This document shows positions 24,194 through 32,736 of a DNA stretch of 32,736 nucleotides, piece by piece. The notes under the pieces were generated by a model, which saw only the letters and a program-made list of their open reading frames with translations, made no database searches and was not told where the DNA came from. The stretch's first letter is position 1; every line of letters starts with the position of its first letter. The stretch spans positions 1-32,736 of the IMG/VR virus record IMGVR_UViG_3300046009_009505. One strand, 5' to 3'. The translations under genes and the position numbers were made by a program. The DNA comes from a virus (Duplodnaviria; Caudoviricetes).

Positions 24194-26004
24194 GTGTCAC
24201 ACCTGTAAGGGGCCAATGCCATCAGAACCTGCCCGCGTGCATTGATTGCCACCGCGTAGCAGCCAAATCCGCTATCCGTCGTCGCGTAGGTGTTCAGGTT
24301 CACATCGTCCGTCAGATCGAACGACCGCACCACGAGCCCGGTGTTCATGTCGAGTTCGATCATCTCGGCCTTGGTTGCGCTGGGCGTGCCGTTGTTGTCC
24401 CACCCGTTGCACCGATTGAAGCCAAACACGGGGTTCCCGCTGGTGGGGTCCACTGCGATGGCGTGCTGCTGCACGAGCCCCTTCAGGTCATGGTCCCAAA
24501 GGAGCGTCCCGTCGTCGGCCCGCAGGGCGTAGACGTTCGACACCGCGTTGGTTGGGCTTGGCCTTCGACCCCCGACGTACACCTGCCCAGACCGCTCATC
24601 CAACGCAAGGGCATAGACGCTCGGAGCGTCCGAATCGTCGCTGGGCTCCCGCGATCCACCCACGATCTGCGGAATGTCGTTGCGGTAGGTCGTGCCGTTC
24701 CATGTGTAGGCCCGGCGATAGCTCTGCGTATCCACTTCCCACCCGGACCCGTCGATGCCGTAGCCCGCGGTGCCAGGAGCGATGTACGCACCCGCCCACG
24801 TTCCCGCAACGACGTTGGTCCACAGGGTGCTCAGATCCGCCTTGCAGACGGTGATGTACGGACCCAACGCCCCGTCCGGCCGGTGGCTCGCGTTGATGAG
24901 TGGTGAGTACCCAAACCCCTGATTGGTGCGGCCCGCGTAGAAGTTGCCCAGCGAATCGACCGCGAAGCTGTAGGAGATGCAGCCGCGGGGGCGGGTTTTG
25001 CTGTACTCGCTGAACCGGAACGTCTGGTGAAGCTCATAGGCCCCGTCGCCGCTCTGCGTGCCCTGCGGCATACTCATCGGCCCGCTGGTGAAGGTATCCG
25101 ACGCCACCGAGTAGAACACCACGCCCGAACGCACGAACTGCCCAAACGCTTCCGCCGGCGTGCTTGAGTCGGCTACCACCGGACCCGTTACCACCGATGA
25201 ACCAGTGAACAGGACCGCAAGGTACTTGAATCCCCCGATGGTCACGGTGTCAAGGCCCTGAATCTCGTCGGCCCAAGTCAGCTTGATCCGCTGGCGGTAC
25301 GTCAGGTCGTCGGCATCGAAGACATAGATGTACGTCCCGACCGCCACGAACAGGGCGCCGAATGCACATTTGAACTGATTCGCGTAGAGGTTGATCTGCC
25401 CTGACGCTGGGAGCGGCGTCGAGTACCCCGGATCCGCGTCCACGGCGTACCCCTGGTGCGTGACCGTGTTGGTGTCCGCGTCCACTCGGTTGATGCCGAC
25501 CACGTACACATCCTGCGTGGTCAGGGTCACATTCTTGGTGACTGTGCCGAAGAACCCGACGTTCACGTTGTCAGGATCCCAGCACGCAAAGAACCCGCCG
25601 GGTCCGCCGTAGCCCGTCGGAGGGTCGGCAATGGCCGGATCGCGGCGAGTGTCATTGAACGCCGCCCGCACCGACCAATCCGGGTCCAGAATCAACGCCT
25701 GACCCCGGAACAGCCCCGCCGCCACGCTGGAGCCTGATTCGACCAATCGCGCTGGTCCGACCGACTGAGACACCGACTTGGGCACCGAAATCAGCGCCTG
25801 CACGCCGTTCCCGTTGCCGATCTGGGTGTCAAACACCTTGTCCGCTGCTGGCCGCTTCGAGAACCGGCGCCGACCTGAGCCCACATCACGCGGGCGCATG
25901 TTCAGCATGGCACCCGGCGGGCACGCATCCCCCGGCTGCTCTACAAACGGCTGAGTGTCGGTAACACCCCGCCACGGCGGTTGAAGTCGTTTCGGGTTGG
26001 GCAT
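24190..26004 (-). CDS. Tail protein: nozzle-type N-terminus plus beta-propeller
   Basis: N-terminal LQPPWRGVTD..QP....P...LNMRP....GRRRFSKRP resembles nozzle N-termini; PQQ-like blade VYALRADDGTLLWD near the C-terminus. Confidence 0.62.
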   Translation of the reverse strand: MPNPKRLQPPWRGVTDTQPFVEQPGDACPPGAMLNMRPRDVGSGRRRFSKRPAADKVFDTQIGNGNGVQALISVPKSVSQSVGPARLVESGSSVAAGLFRGQALILDPDWSVRAAFNDTRRDPAIADPPTGYGGPGGFFACWDPDNVNVGFFGTVTKNVTLTTQDVYVVGINRVDADTNTVTHQGYAVDADPGYSTPLPASGQINLYANQFKCAFGALFVAVGTYIYVFDADDLTYRQRIKLTWADEIQGLDTVTIGGFKYLAVLFTGSSVVTGPVVADSSTPAEAFGQFVRSGVVFYSVASDTFTSGPMSMPQGTQSGDGAYELHQTFRFSEYSKTRPRGCISYSFAVDSLGNFYAGRTNQGFGYSPLINASHRPDGALGPYITVCKADLSTLWTNVVAGTWAGAYIAPGTAGYGIDGSGWEVDTQSYRRAYTWNGTTYRNDIPQIVGGSREPSDDSDAPSVYALALDERSGQVYVGGRRPSPTNAVSNVYALRADDGTLLWDHDLKGLVQQHAIAVDPTSGNPVFGFNRCNGWDNNGTPSATKAEMIELDMNTGLVVRSFDLTDDVNLNTYATTDSGFGCYAVAINARGQVLMALAPYRCDT

Positions 26005-26036
26005 GGGATAGCCACGGGCAGACTGCCGTCAAACGA

Positions 26037-26705
26037 TTAAGCGCGAGCGGTGAGCAGTTCGAGGCCAGCGTGACGGCGGTAGCGGATCACCGTGCTCATT
26101 ACCTCGAGGGCAAGAGCGGTGCCGACTGCCTCCTGCGGGGCGACCACGAACTGGATCGTTTCCAGGGGAACCAATGCAGTCTTCTGTGCCGCTGACATGC
26201 CGCCGTAAATGTCGAAGGTGTACCAAGCGAACCCGTCCGTCGCCGCTTCGGCGTAGTCAACGGCGCCGACGGTGTTGGACACCACGGCAGCGAGGGCACT
26301 GATTGCCGCTTCGCCAACCGAGTGGAAAGATGCGGTTGCCGTCAGAGCAAGGTCGGCGTTTGCCGTTGCCGAACCAGTCGTGTCTCGCAGACGAGCCTTG
26401 ATGAGCAGCTGCAGGATGGGGGTTGCACCCTGCCCGACGGTCTGGCTCTTGAACTGGCCCGGCAGGGTCCAGTCGAGGCGAATGGTGTCGGTCTGGTCGG
26501 CGGTGGCGTTCCACAAAAGCACGTTCAACACGCCGGTCGAGGTGACGGTAGAGGCACCAACCACGCCCGCACCAGTGGCTGGGATGATGGTTCCTGCTCC
26601 GAGGGTCCACGCACCAAGAGGCATCGGAACGTCTTCGGTATACCCAATGTCCGGCTGGCTTTCCTGAATGACTCGTTCAAGATTGAGCTTGTTTGCTGCG
26701 CACAT
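26037..26705 (-). CDS. Hypothetical virion structural protein (222 aa)
   Basis: A/T/G-rich beta sequence; SD GAAAGG; between adaptor and tail genes. Confidence 0.6.
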   Translation of the reverse strand: MCAANKLNLERVIQESQPDIGYTEDVPMPLGAWTLGAGTIIPATGAGVVGASTVTSTGVLNVLLWNATADQTDTIRLDWTLPGQFKSQTVGQGATPILQLLIKARLRDTTGSATANADLALTATASFHSVGEAAISALAAVVSNTVGAVDYAEAATDGFAWYTFDIYGGMSAAQKTALVPLETIQFVVAPQEAVGTALALEVMSTVIRYRRHAGLELLTARA

Positions 26706-26715
26706 GTGATGCCTT

Positions 26716-27543
26716 TCAATAACTGATGATGGTCGAACCGTCGTAGTTCACAACGTTCCCGCGTGAACCGCGGTCCCGGTACATTCCGTCGTCTGATGCA
26801 CCCAACCGTTTGGCGTGCAGTTCCATGTCCACTTCCACGGACTTGGTGATTTCGTTGGAGGCGACCGAGAGAGCTGCGGCGTACCCGTCTTCCCGCATAC
26901 TCATGAACTTGGTCACGGCGATTGCCAGCACGGCGGGGTCGTGAATCGCGCCCCAGATGCCCCGCTCAGCGTCGTTGACCATCCGCGGCACTTCCACGCG
27001 GAATCTCGCGCGGAGCGTGTACGCCTGGTCTGGCTTGGGGTACACAACGAGCTCCATTGGGGGCCGCTCGCCCACGCCAATCTCGCGGTCGTTGCTTGTC
27101 CACACCGAGCAGTACATGGGCTGTCCCGTCACGCTCGGTCCTCGTGCGATGTACTCCTGCACTCGATCAATGTTCGAGTCCGTCACCCGCCCGCCGTAGG
27201 AGTTGGCCGGATCCCGCCAGGTCACGCGACCCACCGGGGCACTGATGACGTTGAGGGGGAGCCGATACCGCCTGTTATCGCCGCCGATGCTCAGTGGGCC
27301 GTCTGCGTCGGGCTCAAGGGCAATCGTGAGCGTGGGAGCAAGCCACGTCCAGCGGTGACGATTGCGGGCGAAGTCCTTGGCGGCGTCGTTGATTGCCCGT
27401 TCCAACCGGTCCAGCAAGTTCGGATCGGTCGGCACGGTAGAACGGTTGTCGGAACCCGAACCCTGCACGGCCACGTCTACGGCTTCCGCAAGCCGCAGTT
27501 TCAGGTCCGCGAAGGTCCAAGATGTATCGACGCCGTACTGCAT
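26716..27543 (-). CDS. Head-tail adaptor (podovirus adaptor type)
   Basis: FADLKLRLA..LERAINDA..F..HRWTWL..RYRLP..GQPMYC..VYPKPDQAYTL pattern; position after capsid genes. Confidence 0.72.
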   Translation of the reverse strand: MQYGVDTSWTFADLKLRLAEAVDVAVQGSGSDNRSTVPTDPNLLDRLERAINDAAKDFARNRHRWTWLAPTLTIALEPDADGPLSIGGDNRRYRLPLNVISAPVGRVTWRDPANSYGGRVTDSNIDRVQEYIARGPSVTGQPMYCSVWTSNDREIGVGERPPMELVVYPKPDQAYTLRARFRVEVPRMVNDAERGIWGAIHDPAVLAIAVTKFMSMREDGYAAALSVASNEITKSVEVDMELHAKRLGASDDGMYRDRGSRGNVVNYDGSTIISY

Positions 27544-27623
27544 GAAATCCCCAACGAGATACCGGGAGCTGTCTGACGGCGGGCCGGTTTGGTTCTTTCA
27601 ACCTCGATGGGGGAACGATCTGA

Positions 27624-28130
27624 TTACTGGAAGACACCGATCTGGACCAGCTTCAGCGCGTTGGAGCCGCTGGAGTTGGCTTCGACTGCATAGCCGACGT
27701 ATGCCGCGATGGCCGCGACGGAGGCCACGCTGGTGGCCGCCGCGAGGGCAAACGAGCCGTCGGCACAAATCAGGGCATCGCGGGCCGCGACACCGTTGGC
27801 GACGAGCATCTGCACCTGGCCGACCGCCGACCGGATCGGCATGACCTTGATGAAGCCGCCGGTGCGGAGGGTCGTGGAACCCGCCTGCAAAGTGTTGATG
27901 CCGGGGTCAACCGCCGTCACCAGGAACTTGGTGTTCTCAAGCGTGGCGGTTTCGGGGCGGACCACCTTCATGGAGCCGTCGCTGTCGAGGGCATCCGCAA
28001 GGGTGACCACGCAACCGACGGTGACGTTGGCGTTGACCACCGTCGAACCGTCGTTCTTGTAGGGGCTGTACTTCACGGTCAACTCGGGACCGGCGTACCC
28101 GTTGTACTGATTCAGCTGCTGGTAAGTCAT
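27624..28130 (-). CDS. Capsid decoration/cement-like protein (168 aa)
   Basis: Directly after the MCP; small, Ala/Val/Gly-rich; SD AAGGA. Confidence 0.55.
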   Translation of the reverse strand: MTYQQLNQYNGYAGPELTVKYSPYKNDGSTVVNANVTVGCVVTLADALDSDGSMKVVRPETATLENTKFLVTAVDPGINTLQAGSTTLRTGGFIKVMPIRSAVGQVQMLVANGVAARDALICADGSFALAAATSVASVAAIAAYVGYAVEANSSGSNALKLVQIGVFQ

Positions 28131-28199
28131 GGCTGCTTGTCCTTGTGCAAGGGCCTACTGGCCCCGTGTGTCAATCTGGTGGGTTACTCAGGCAGTGGA

Positions 28200-29291
28200 T
28201 CAGAACGAGCCGTGAATGCGGAAGCCGCACGCGCGGGGGTTGTTCGTCATCAGGTTGCCCATGATGTCAATCGGAATCTCGAACACGTTGTGGGCGCCGT
28301 CCTTGCGGAGCGGATCGGATTCGTTCATCCAGAAACCGGGCACCTTGAGCAGCTTCCACATCTTGAGGCGGACGCCGTAGATGCTGGCAAGTGCGTCGTT
28401 GTCCAAGATCGGGGCGCGGCTGATGCGTGCGCCGTTGATCTTGTACTCGCTGAACGGGAACAGGTCGCCGTTGCGGTCGTCGGGGCCATCGCTCACGAGG
28501 GTCTTGTAGCTCTCGTGGTCGGTCTGGCTCATGAAGATCACGCAATCGCCCTGCACCTGCTCACCCTTGAGCATCTGGAGGGGGCGGAAGTTGGTCGCTT
28601 CCATCGCCCGGCGAATCATGATGGCCAGATCCTTGGTGACTGTGGAGCCGGCACGAGTGCCGACCCAGTTGCGCCAACGCTCGTTGTCAACGCTGGAAGC
28701 GTCGATGCCCGCGAGGGTCGCCGACACCGAGGTGTCGCCGTAGCGGATGTAGGTGCCGTTGAATCCACCCGTCAGGTCAGCGGTGAACGAACCACCCGAA
28801 GTCATCGAGGGACGCAGCCACATGGGCAGGCCCCAGAAACTCAGGTTGTCCGAACTGCTGTTGATCGGGTTGAAAATGTCGGTTTCGAGGTGATTGGCAA
28901 TGTCCTCGTAGTTCGCCGACCGCTCAGCGTTGAGGTGGTTGATGATCTGCACATCATCGCCCGTGTTCAGCTTCTGCTCACGCAGATCGAACACGATGCC
29001 CTTGTTTTCCTTCGCAATGTAGGGAACTGTGAGCGTGCTGACCGGGGGGGCCTTCTGGCTTGCCGTGACCTGGTACAGATTCACGCCGCGGGTTGCGCCC
29101 GTGTTGGACCGCAACCGAATGCGCTCTTCGTACTGCGTGCCGGTGACGCCTTCACTGGAGCCCGCATAGATGAACTCTTCGAGCCCCGCGTAACGGTTGT
29201 ACTTAAGGGTTTCGACGAACTTGACCTTGCGCTGCTTGGCGCGCGTCGAACGGGTCAGGTTGGTCAACTGCGAGAGAGTCAATCCGGGCAT
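28200..29291 (-). CDS. Major capsid protein
   Basis: ~363 aa between scaffold and decoration genes; WGLPMWL, LAGID..RWRNW, GNL.TNNPR..G motifs of podovirus-type HK97-fold MCPs; ATG 29291 behind AGGAG. Confidence 0.82.
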   Translation of the reverse strand: MPGLTLSQLTNLTRSTRAKQRKVKFVETLKYNRYAGLEEFIYAGSSEGVTGTQYEERIRLRSNTGATRGVNLYQVTASQKAPPVSTLTVPYIAKENKGIVFDLREQKLNTGDDVQIINHLNAERSANYEDIANHLETDIFNPINSSSDNLSFWGLPMWLRPSMTSGGSFTADLTGGFNGTYIRYGDTSVSATLAGIDASSVDNERWRNWVGTRAGSTVTKDLAIMIRRAMEATNFRPLQMLKGEQVQGDCVIFMSQTDHESYKTLVSDGPDDRNGDLFPFSEYKINGARISRAPILDNDALASIYGVRLKMWKLLKVPGFWMNESDPLRKDGAHNVFEIPIDIMGNLMTNNPRACGFRIHGSF

Positions 29292-29343
29292 GTGCGTCAC
29301 TCCTGCACAACATCACTGCGGCCCCCGCTCCAGCGGGTTCCGA

Positions 29344-30228
29344 TCACTTTCGCGGCGGCGCGGTGCCGTCGTTGTCGTTGGGGTCTTCAAGTCCGCTGCC
29401 CCGGTCCACGGTCGAGCCGCGGGGTACTGCGGTGCGGGCCTTGTGCCGGGCCTGTGCCGCGGCGTCCTTGGTCGGTGCTACCTTGGTCGCCGAGCCCTTG
29501 GGGCTGGCCTTGCCAAGCAGCGTCATCATCTCGCGTTCGGCGCTGTCGATGGCGTCGGCCCACTCGTAGGGCTTGCCGCCGATCGTCTTGCCTCCGAACC
29601 GCTGGTACTTCTCGTTTGCGGCCTCATGCACGAACAGACGGGCCTCCACCTGGGCGGGCGTCAACTTGCCCGAGGCGTGGCTGCCGTAAATGTCGTGCTT
29701 GCCCTTGGCCGCCATCGAATCGAACGCGGCGTGAACCATCTTGTTGTAGCTGTCGGCGCTCTGGGTCTGCTTCTCGGCCAGCAGGCTCTTGTTCTGGGTG
29801 TGCAGAGCCTTGAGCACCTTGGCTACAGCTGGGTCTACTTCTGTCTCGATTTCCGCGATGATGTTTTCAATCTCATCGGGTTCGGGGGTGGGTTCGGTGG
29901 TCTTGGCCTTGGGTGCCGCGGCGGGTTTGGCTGCGGGCGTGACGCGTGCCTCTGCCAGCGTCTTGGCTACCTGCTCGTCATCGCCAGTGTCTTCGTCGGC
30001 CTCGTCCGCCGGCTCCGCGTCGGGATCCTCTTCGGACTGGTCGACCACTTCTTCCGCGTCGTCCGCAACCTCATCGGCCTCGGGCTCATCGCCGGGCGTT
30101 TCGATCGCATCCGCTTCCAGATCGTCACTCTTGGCGACAATCGGCGCGGTGCCGTCGGCATCGTTCACATCGGTTGATGCGTCAGGTGCGGGCGTTTCGG
30201 ACTCTTCGGGAAGGGGTTCTGATGCCAT
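29344..30228 (-). CDS. Capsid scaffolding protein
   Basis: Highly acidic disordered N-terminal half and helical C-terminal half; between portal and MCP. Confidence 0.72.
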   Translation of the reverse strand: MASEPLPEESETPAPDASTDVNDADGTAPIVAKSDDLEADAIETPGDEPEADEVADDAEEVVDQSEEDPDAEPADEADEDTGDDEQVAKTLAEARVTPAAKPAAAPKAKTTEPTPEPDEIENIIAEIETEVDPAVAKVLKALHTQNKSLLAEKQTQSADSYNKMVHAAFDSMAAKGKHDIYGSHASGKLTPAQVEARLFVHEAANEKYQRFGGKTIGGKPYEWADAIDSAEREMMTLLGKASPKGSATKVAPTKDAAAQARHKARTAVPRGSTVDRGSGLEDPNDNDGTAPPRK

Positions 30229-30255
30229 GCTGCAAGGCTAACAGAACGCGCCGGT

Positions 30256-30636
30256 TTACTCACCTAGCACTGGTGTTAGTTTCTTGACCTGTGCCCCGCG
30301 TGCAATCTCGTCACGCTTCTTGGCGTACTCGCGCTGCTGCGAGCGGTCTTTGAACTTCACGGTGCCGTTGTCCTGGATGCACGCGCCCGCACGCTCGCCG
30401 AAGGTCTGCCGGGCCTCTGCCACCTCGGCGGGGTGAAACCACTCGGTGATTGATTCCTGCGTCTTGCCGTGGAACTCGCGGTTCCCGCTGCCCACGGTCT
30501 TGCGGGTGTAGTCCTGCGGCGCACGCTCGCCGCACTCGGGGCAGAGCACGCGCCCATCGGGGTCAAGCTCTGCGACCTTCGCAAAGGTGTCGCCGTGGAA
30601 ATGGCACTTGGGACAGCTGATCGGGTATACGGGCAT
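30256..30636 (-). CDS. FmdB-type zinc-ribbon protein
   Basis: MPVYPISCPKC..CPECG; common portal-zinc ribbon-scaffold order; start moved to ATG 30636. Confidence 0.8.
   Translation of the reverse strand: MPVYPISCPKCHFHGDTFAKVAELDPDGRVLCPECGERAPQDYTRKTVGSGNREFHGKTQESITEWFHPAEVAEARQTFGERAGACIQDNGTVKFKDRSQQREYAKKRDEIARGAQVKKLTPVLGE
30261..30282. promoter_or_regulatory. 22-bp quasi-palindromic site, copy 2 (CACCTAGCACTGGTGTTAGTTT)
   Basis: Inverted 20/22 match to 19574-19595; overlaps the zinc-ribbon 3' end, upstream of TGTTAGCCT-N6-ATG of the scaffold gene. Confidence 0.65.
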
Positions 30637-30646
30637 GGGTTGAATC

Positions 30647-32401
30647 TCAATAGGGGACAGTCGCGGCCATGTCGCTGCGGGTCTGGTCGATCGGTCGGTT
30701 GCCTGCGGATGGGCGGACTGCCGGGGCTCCGCTCGGGCTCCCCTGCTGCTGGCCGGGTGCAGCCTGGCCGGGGTTGCCAAACCGCTGCTGCATCATCTGG
30801 CTCATCTGCTCGAGGCCCTGCGTCGGGAAAATGTCGGCAATCTCGGGGACTTGGTACTGGTCGGCCATCACCTCGACCGCCGCAACCATGTCGCCGCCGA
30901 ACTGCATCACCATCGGGAGGAATGTGCCCGCCGCAGTCATGAACTCGCCGAACCGTCGCATCTTCAAGCTCGGGTCCATTGCCGTGTCCACGAACGGGGC
31001 CAGTTCCCACATGAAATCGCCGAAGTCGCCTTCCTTGGCCTCGGCGTCATAGACCACATCGGTTTCGGCACCGTTGGGCAGCTTGTAACTGAACGTGCGG
31101 TTCAGCCGCGGGTCAGTGTCGTAGTACCACGCCAGCGTCCGCATGACGTTGGAGCAGGCTTCCGAGCACAGACCCCGCCAGTCGTTGAGCAGCACCGAGG
31201 CGTTCCCCTGCATGTAGCTGCCCACCGTCGCCGTCTTGCTGGTGTCCTCGCTGCCGTTGAGCAGGTGAATCGCCGTCGCCTTGTTCGCCTGGCCTTCGAG
31301 CCAATCGAACGCGGGCAGCATCTCAGGCAGCATCCCGCCCGACTTCAGCGCCGACACCTTGGACGGGTCGCCGTGGAAGATTTCCTGATCGTCGGCGTCC
31401 CGCATCTCCATTGCGGTGTCTTCGCCCTTGACGCCATCGACCACGTAATGGAGCTTGGTCTTGAGCAACTGCCGGGTCATCTTCGCCGCCGATGCCCCCA
31501 TGGCCAAATGCAGGTCAAGGATCGACGCGCACGGGCTCACGGGCATGGCGTTGTTGGGCATGTCGATGAGGCTGAGTAGCTCGAGCGGGGCACCTTCACG
31601 GCCCTCGTACTCGTGCGGCTCCATCAGCCAGGCGTTCATGTTGCCCGCCAGCGTGCCCTCCAGCACCTTGTCACCGTGGTAGTACAGCACATCCCACAAC
31701 TCCACCTTCTCGTCGATGGGGTCAATGTCCTGCCGGTTGCCCATGATTTCGTCCGACTCGCCGCGGGTCATGGCGCCCGCGTACCCGATCATCGGGATGC
31801 TGTTGACCAGATCGGGGTCGTAGATGCCCAGATCCAGCAGTTCACGGCGGCTCACGCGGTATCGGAACGCCCGCCAACAGTCTTCCAATGGGTCGCGGCT
31901 CTGCGGATCCCGCACGAAGTCATCCAGATCGACGCGGACGGCGTAGGGCTGGCCCATGTCGTACACCTCGCCGTTGACCTTGTAGGAACTGCCACCAGCC
32001 CGCAGGCCCACACGGCAGATCCCAAGCCCGCCCGTCAGTGCGTCCTGAACCACTGCCCGCCAAGTGCGGGTAAACTTCATTTCCTCGATCATCCGGTTAA
32101 TCATCAACTCCCGCACCGTGGCCTGTGCCCGCATGTGCATCCCCTTGGCGGTGACCTTCACTTTGATCTTGGGGCCAACCAGATTGGGGAGGTAGGTGCG
32201 GACGAACTGGTACAGCAGGTTCACCGGGCGCTTGTCGCTCTCGGCCCTACCTCCAATGTCCGTGTACTGGCCGTACCAGGCCCCGCCGAACTCACGGTTC
32301 ACAAGGTTCCGCATCTGTCGGAACGGCTGCATTCGGAGCGTGGCCGGTCCCTCGATCGCTCGCGTGATCTTTGAAGCGTCGTAGATGTTGGCGGTGGACA
32401 T
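30647..32401 (-). CDS. Portal protein
   Basis: 584 aa directly after terminase; PVNLLYQFVRTYLPNL..P, DAL.GGLGICRVG, KTAT motif, Q-rich C-terminus typical of P22-like portals. Confidence 0.85.
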   Translation of the reverse strand: MSTANIYDASKITRAIEGPATLRMQPFRQMRNLVNREFGGAWYGQYTDIGGRAESDKRPVNLLYQFVRTYLPNLVGPKIKVKVTAKGMHMRAQATVRELMINRMIEEMKFTRTWRAVVQDALTGGLGICRVGLRAGGSSYKVNGEVYDMGQPYAVRVDLDDFVRDPQSRDPLEDCWRAFRYRVSRRELLDLGIYDPDLVNSIPMIGYAGAMTRGESDEIMGNRQDIDPIDEKVELWDVLYYHGDKVLEGTLAGNMNAWLMEPHEYEGREGAPLELLSLIDMPNNAMPVSPCASILDLHLAMGASAAKMTRQLLKTKLHYVVDGVKGEDTAMEMRDADDQEIFHGDPSKVSALKSGGMLPEMLPAFDWLEGQANKATAIHLLNGSEDTSKTATVGSYMQGNASVLLNDWRGLCSEACSNVMRTLAWYYDTDPRLNRTFSYKLPNGAETDVVYDAEAKEGDFGDFMWELAPFVDTAMDPSLKMRRFGEFMTAAGTFLPMVMQFGGDMVAAVEVMADQYQVPEIADIFPTQGLEQMSQMMQQRFGNPGQAAPGQQQGSPSGAPAVRPSAGNRPIDQTRSDMAATVPY

Positions 32402-32451
32402 GCGCGGCTCGCTCAGAGCCCGCCGTCAGACACAGCATGATACGCCAGCAC

Positions 32452-32736
32452 TCACCACGCAAACCGCCCCTTGGCCTTCTCGCGGTCCTTGAGCTTCTGC
32501 AATCGACCGCCTGGCGAAGCCTCTGGCGCCTTGGGCGGGATCGCCACCACCATCGGCGTGCGGGTCATCACATCCCACAGCAGGGCATCGGCGATAGTCC
32601 GGTCACCGTGCGGCACCCGCGCCACCTCGTCCGCCGGGTCAATCGTCGTCTTGACGGACTCGAGCTTTCCCGCCTTGGTGTACCGAAACGTCAGGCACTC
32701 GGCCAGCGCCGCGGCTGAAGGGTTCCAGAACCGGGC
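32452..32736 (-). CDS. terL: Terminase large subunit, C-terminal fragment (runs off the window)
   Basis: Manual translation ARFWNPSAAALAECLTFRY..ARVPHGDRTIADALLW..GRFAW*; HGDR.IADAL is the terminase nuclease C-terminal motif; not in the ORF track. Confidence 0.8.
   Translation of the reverse strand, partial: ARFWNPSAAALAECLTFRYTKAGKLESVKTTIDPADEVARVPHGDRTIADALLWDVMTRTPMVVAIPPKAPEASPGGRLQKLKDREKAKGRFAW

Noticed and set aside
276-29813. Long plus-strand ORFs (276-1604, 2283-4094, 6533-8065, 8037-9866, 13889-15670, 21346-22938, 28137-29813)
   Set aside because: Antisense shadows of well-supported minus-strand genes in GC-rich DNA; no motifs or convincing starts
1-32736. Diversity-generating retroelement, retron, intein or intron
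   Set aside because: No reverse transcriptase motifs, no TR/VR pair, and no intein or homing-endonuclease signatures noticed

Overview
A GC-rich window covering about 33 kb of a temperate, podovirus-like (P22/T7-style short-tailed) phage or prophage, almost entirely encoded on the minus strand. Read right to left: terminase large subunit C-terminus, portal, FmdB-type zinc ribbon, acidic scaffold, major capsid protein, decoration and adaptor proteins, and two tail nozzle-like beta-propeller ORFs that sandwich a three-gene membrane/lysis-like cassette. Then a GT32 (DXD) glycosyltransferase, a cupin, and three DNA-ejection proteins, the last a 3265-aa polyvalent protein with a HExxH zincin/LPD1-like region. 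A divergent promoter region separates a small 2-TM gene from a tyrosine recombinase, which heads an early operon (unknown ORF, RecE-like exonuclease, coiled-coil protein, RecT, small secreted Cys protein). The gene content is mostly ordinary for a phage; the unusual signals are non-coding. (1) Interleaved, probably mutually exclusive long inverted repeats lie inside the 3' end of the recombinase gene. (2) Two divergent genes start with the same 11 nt behind similar leaderless promoters. (3) A 22-bp quasi-palindrome occurs in inverted orientation on either side of the 10.7-kb head/tail block. (4) Multi-stem elements fill each early intergenic gap. (5) Short direct repeats bracket an early cassette and an in-frame module of the giant protein. 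All protein calls come from motif recognition and gene order by eye; no database search was run.
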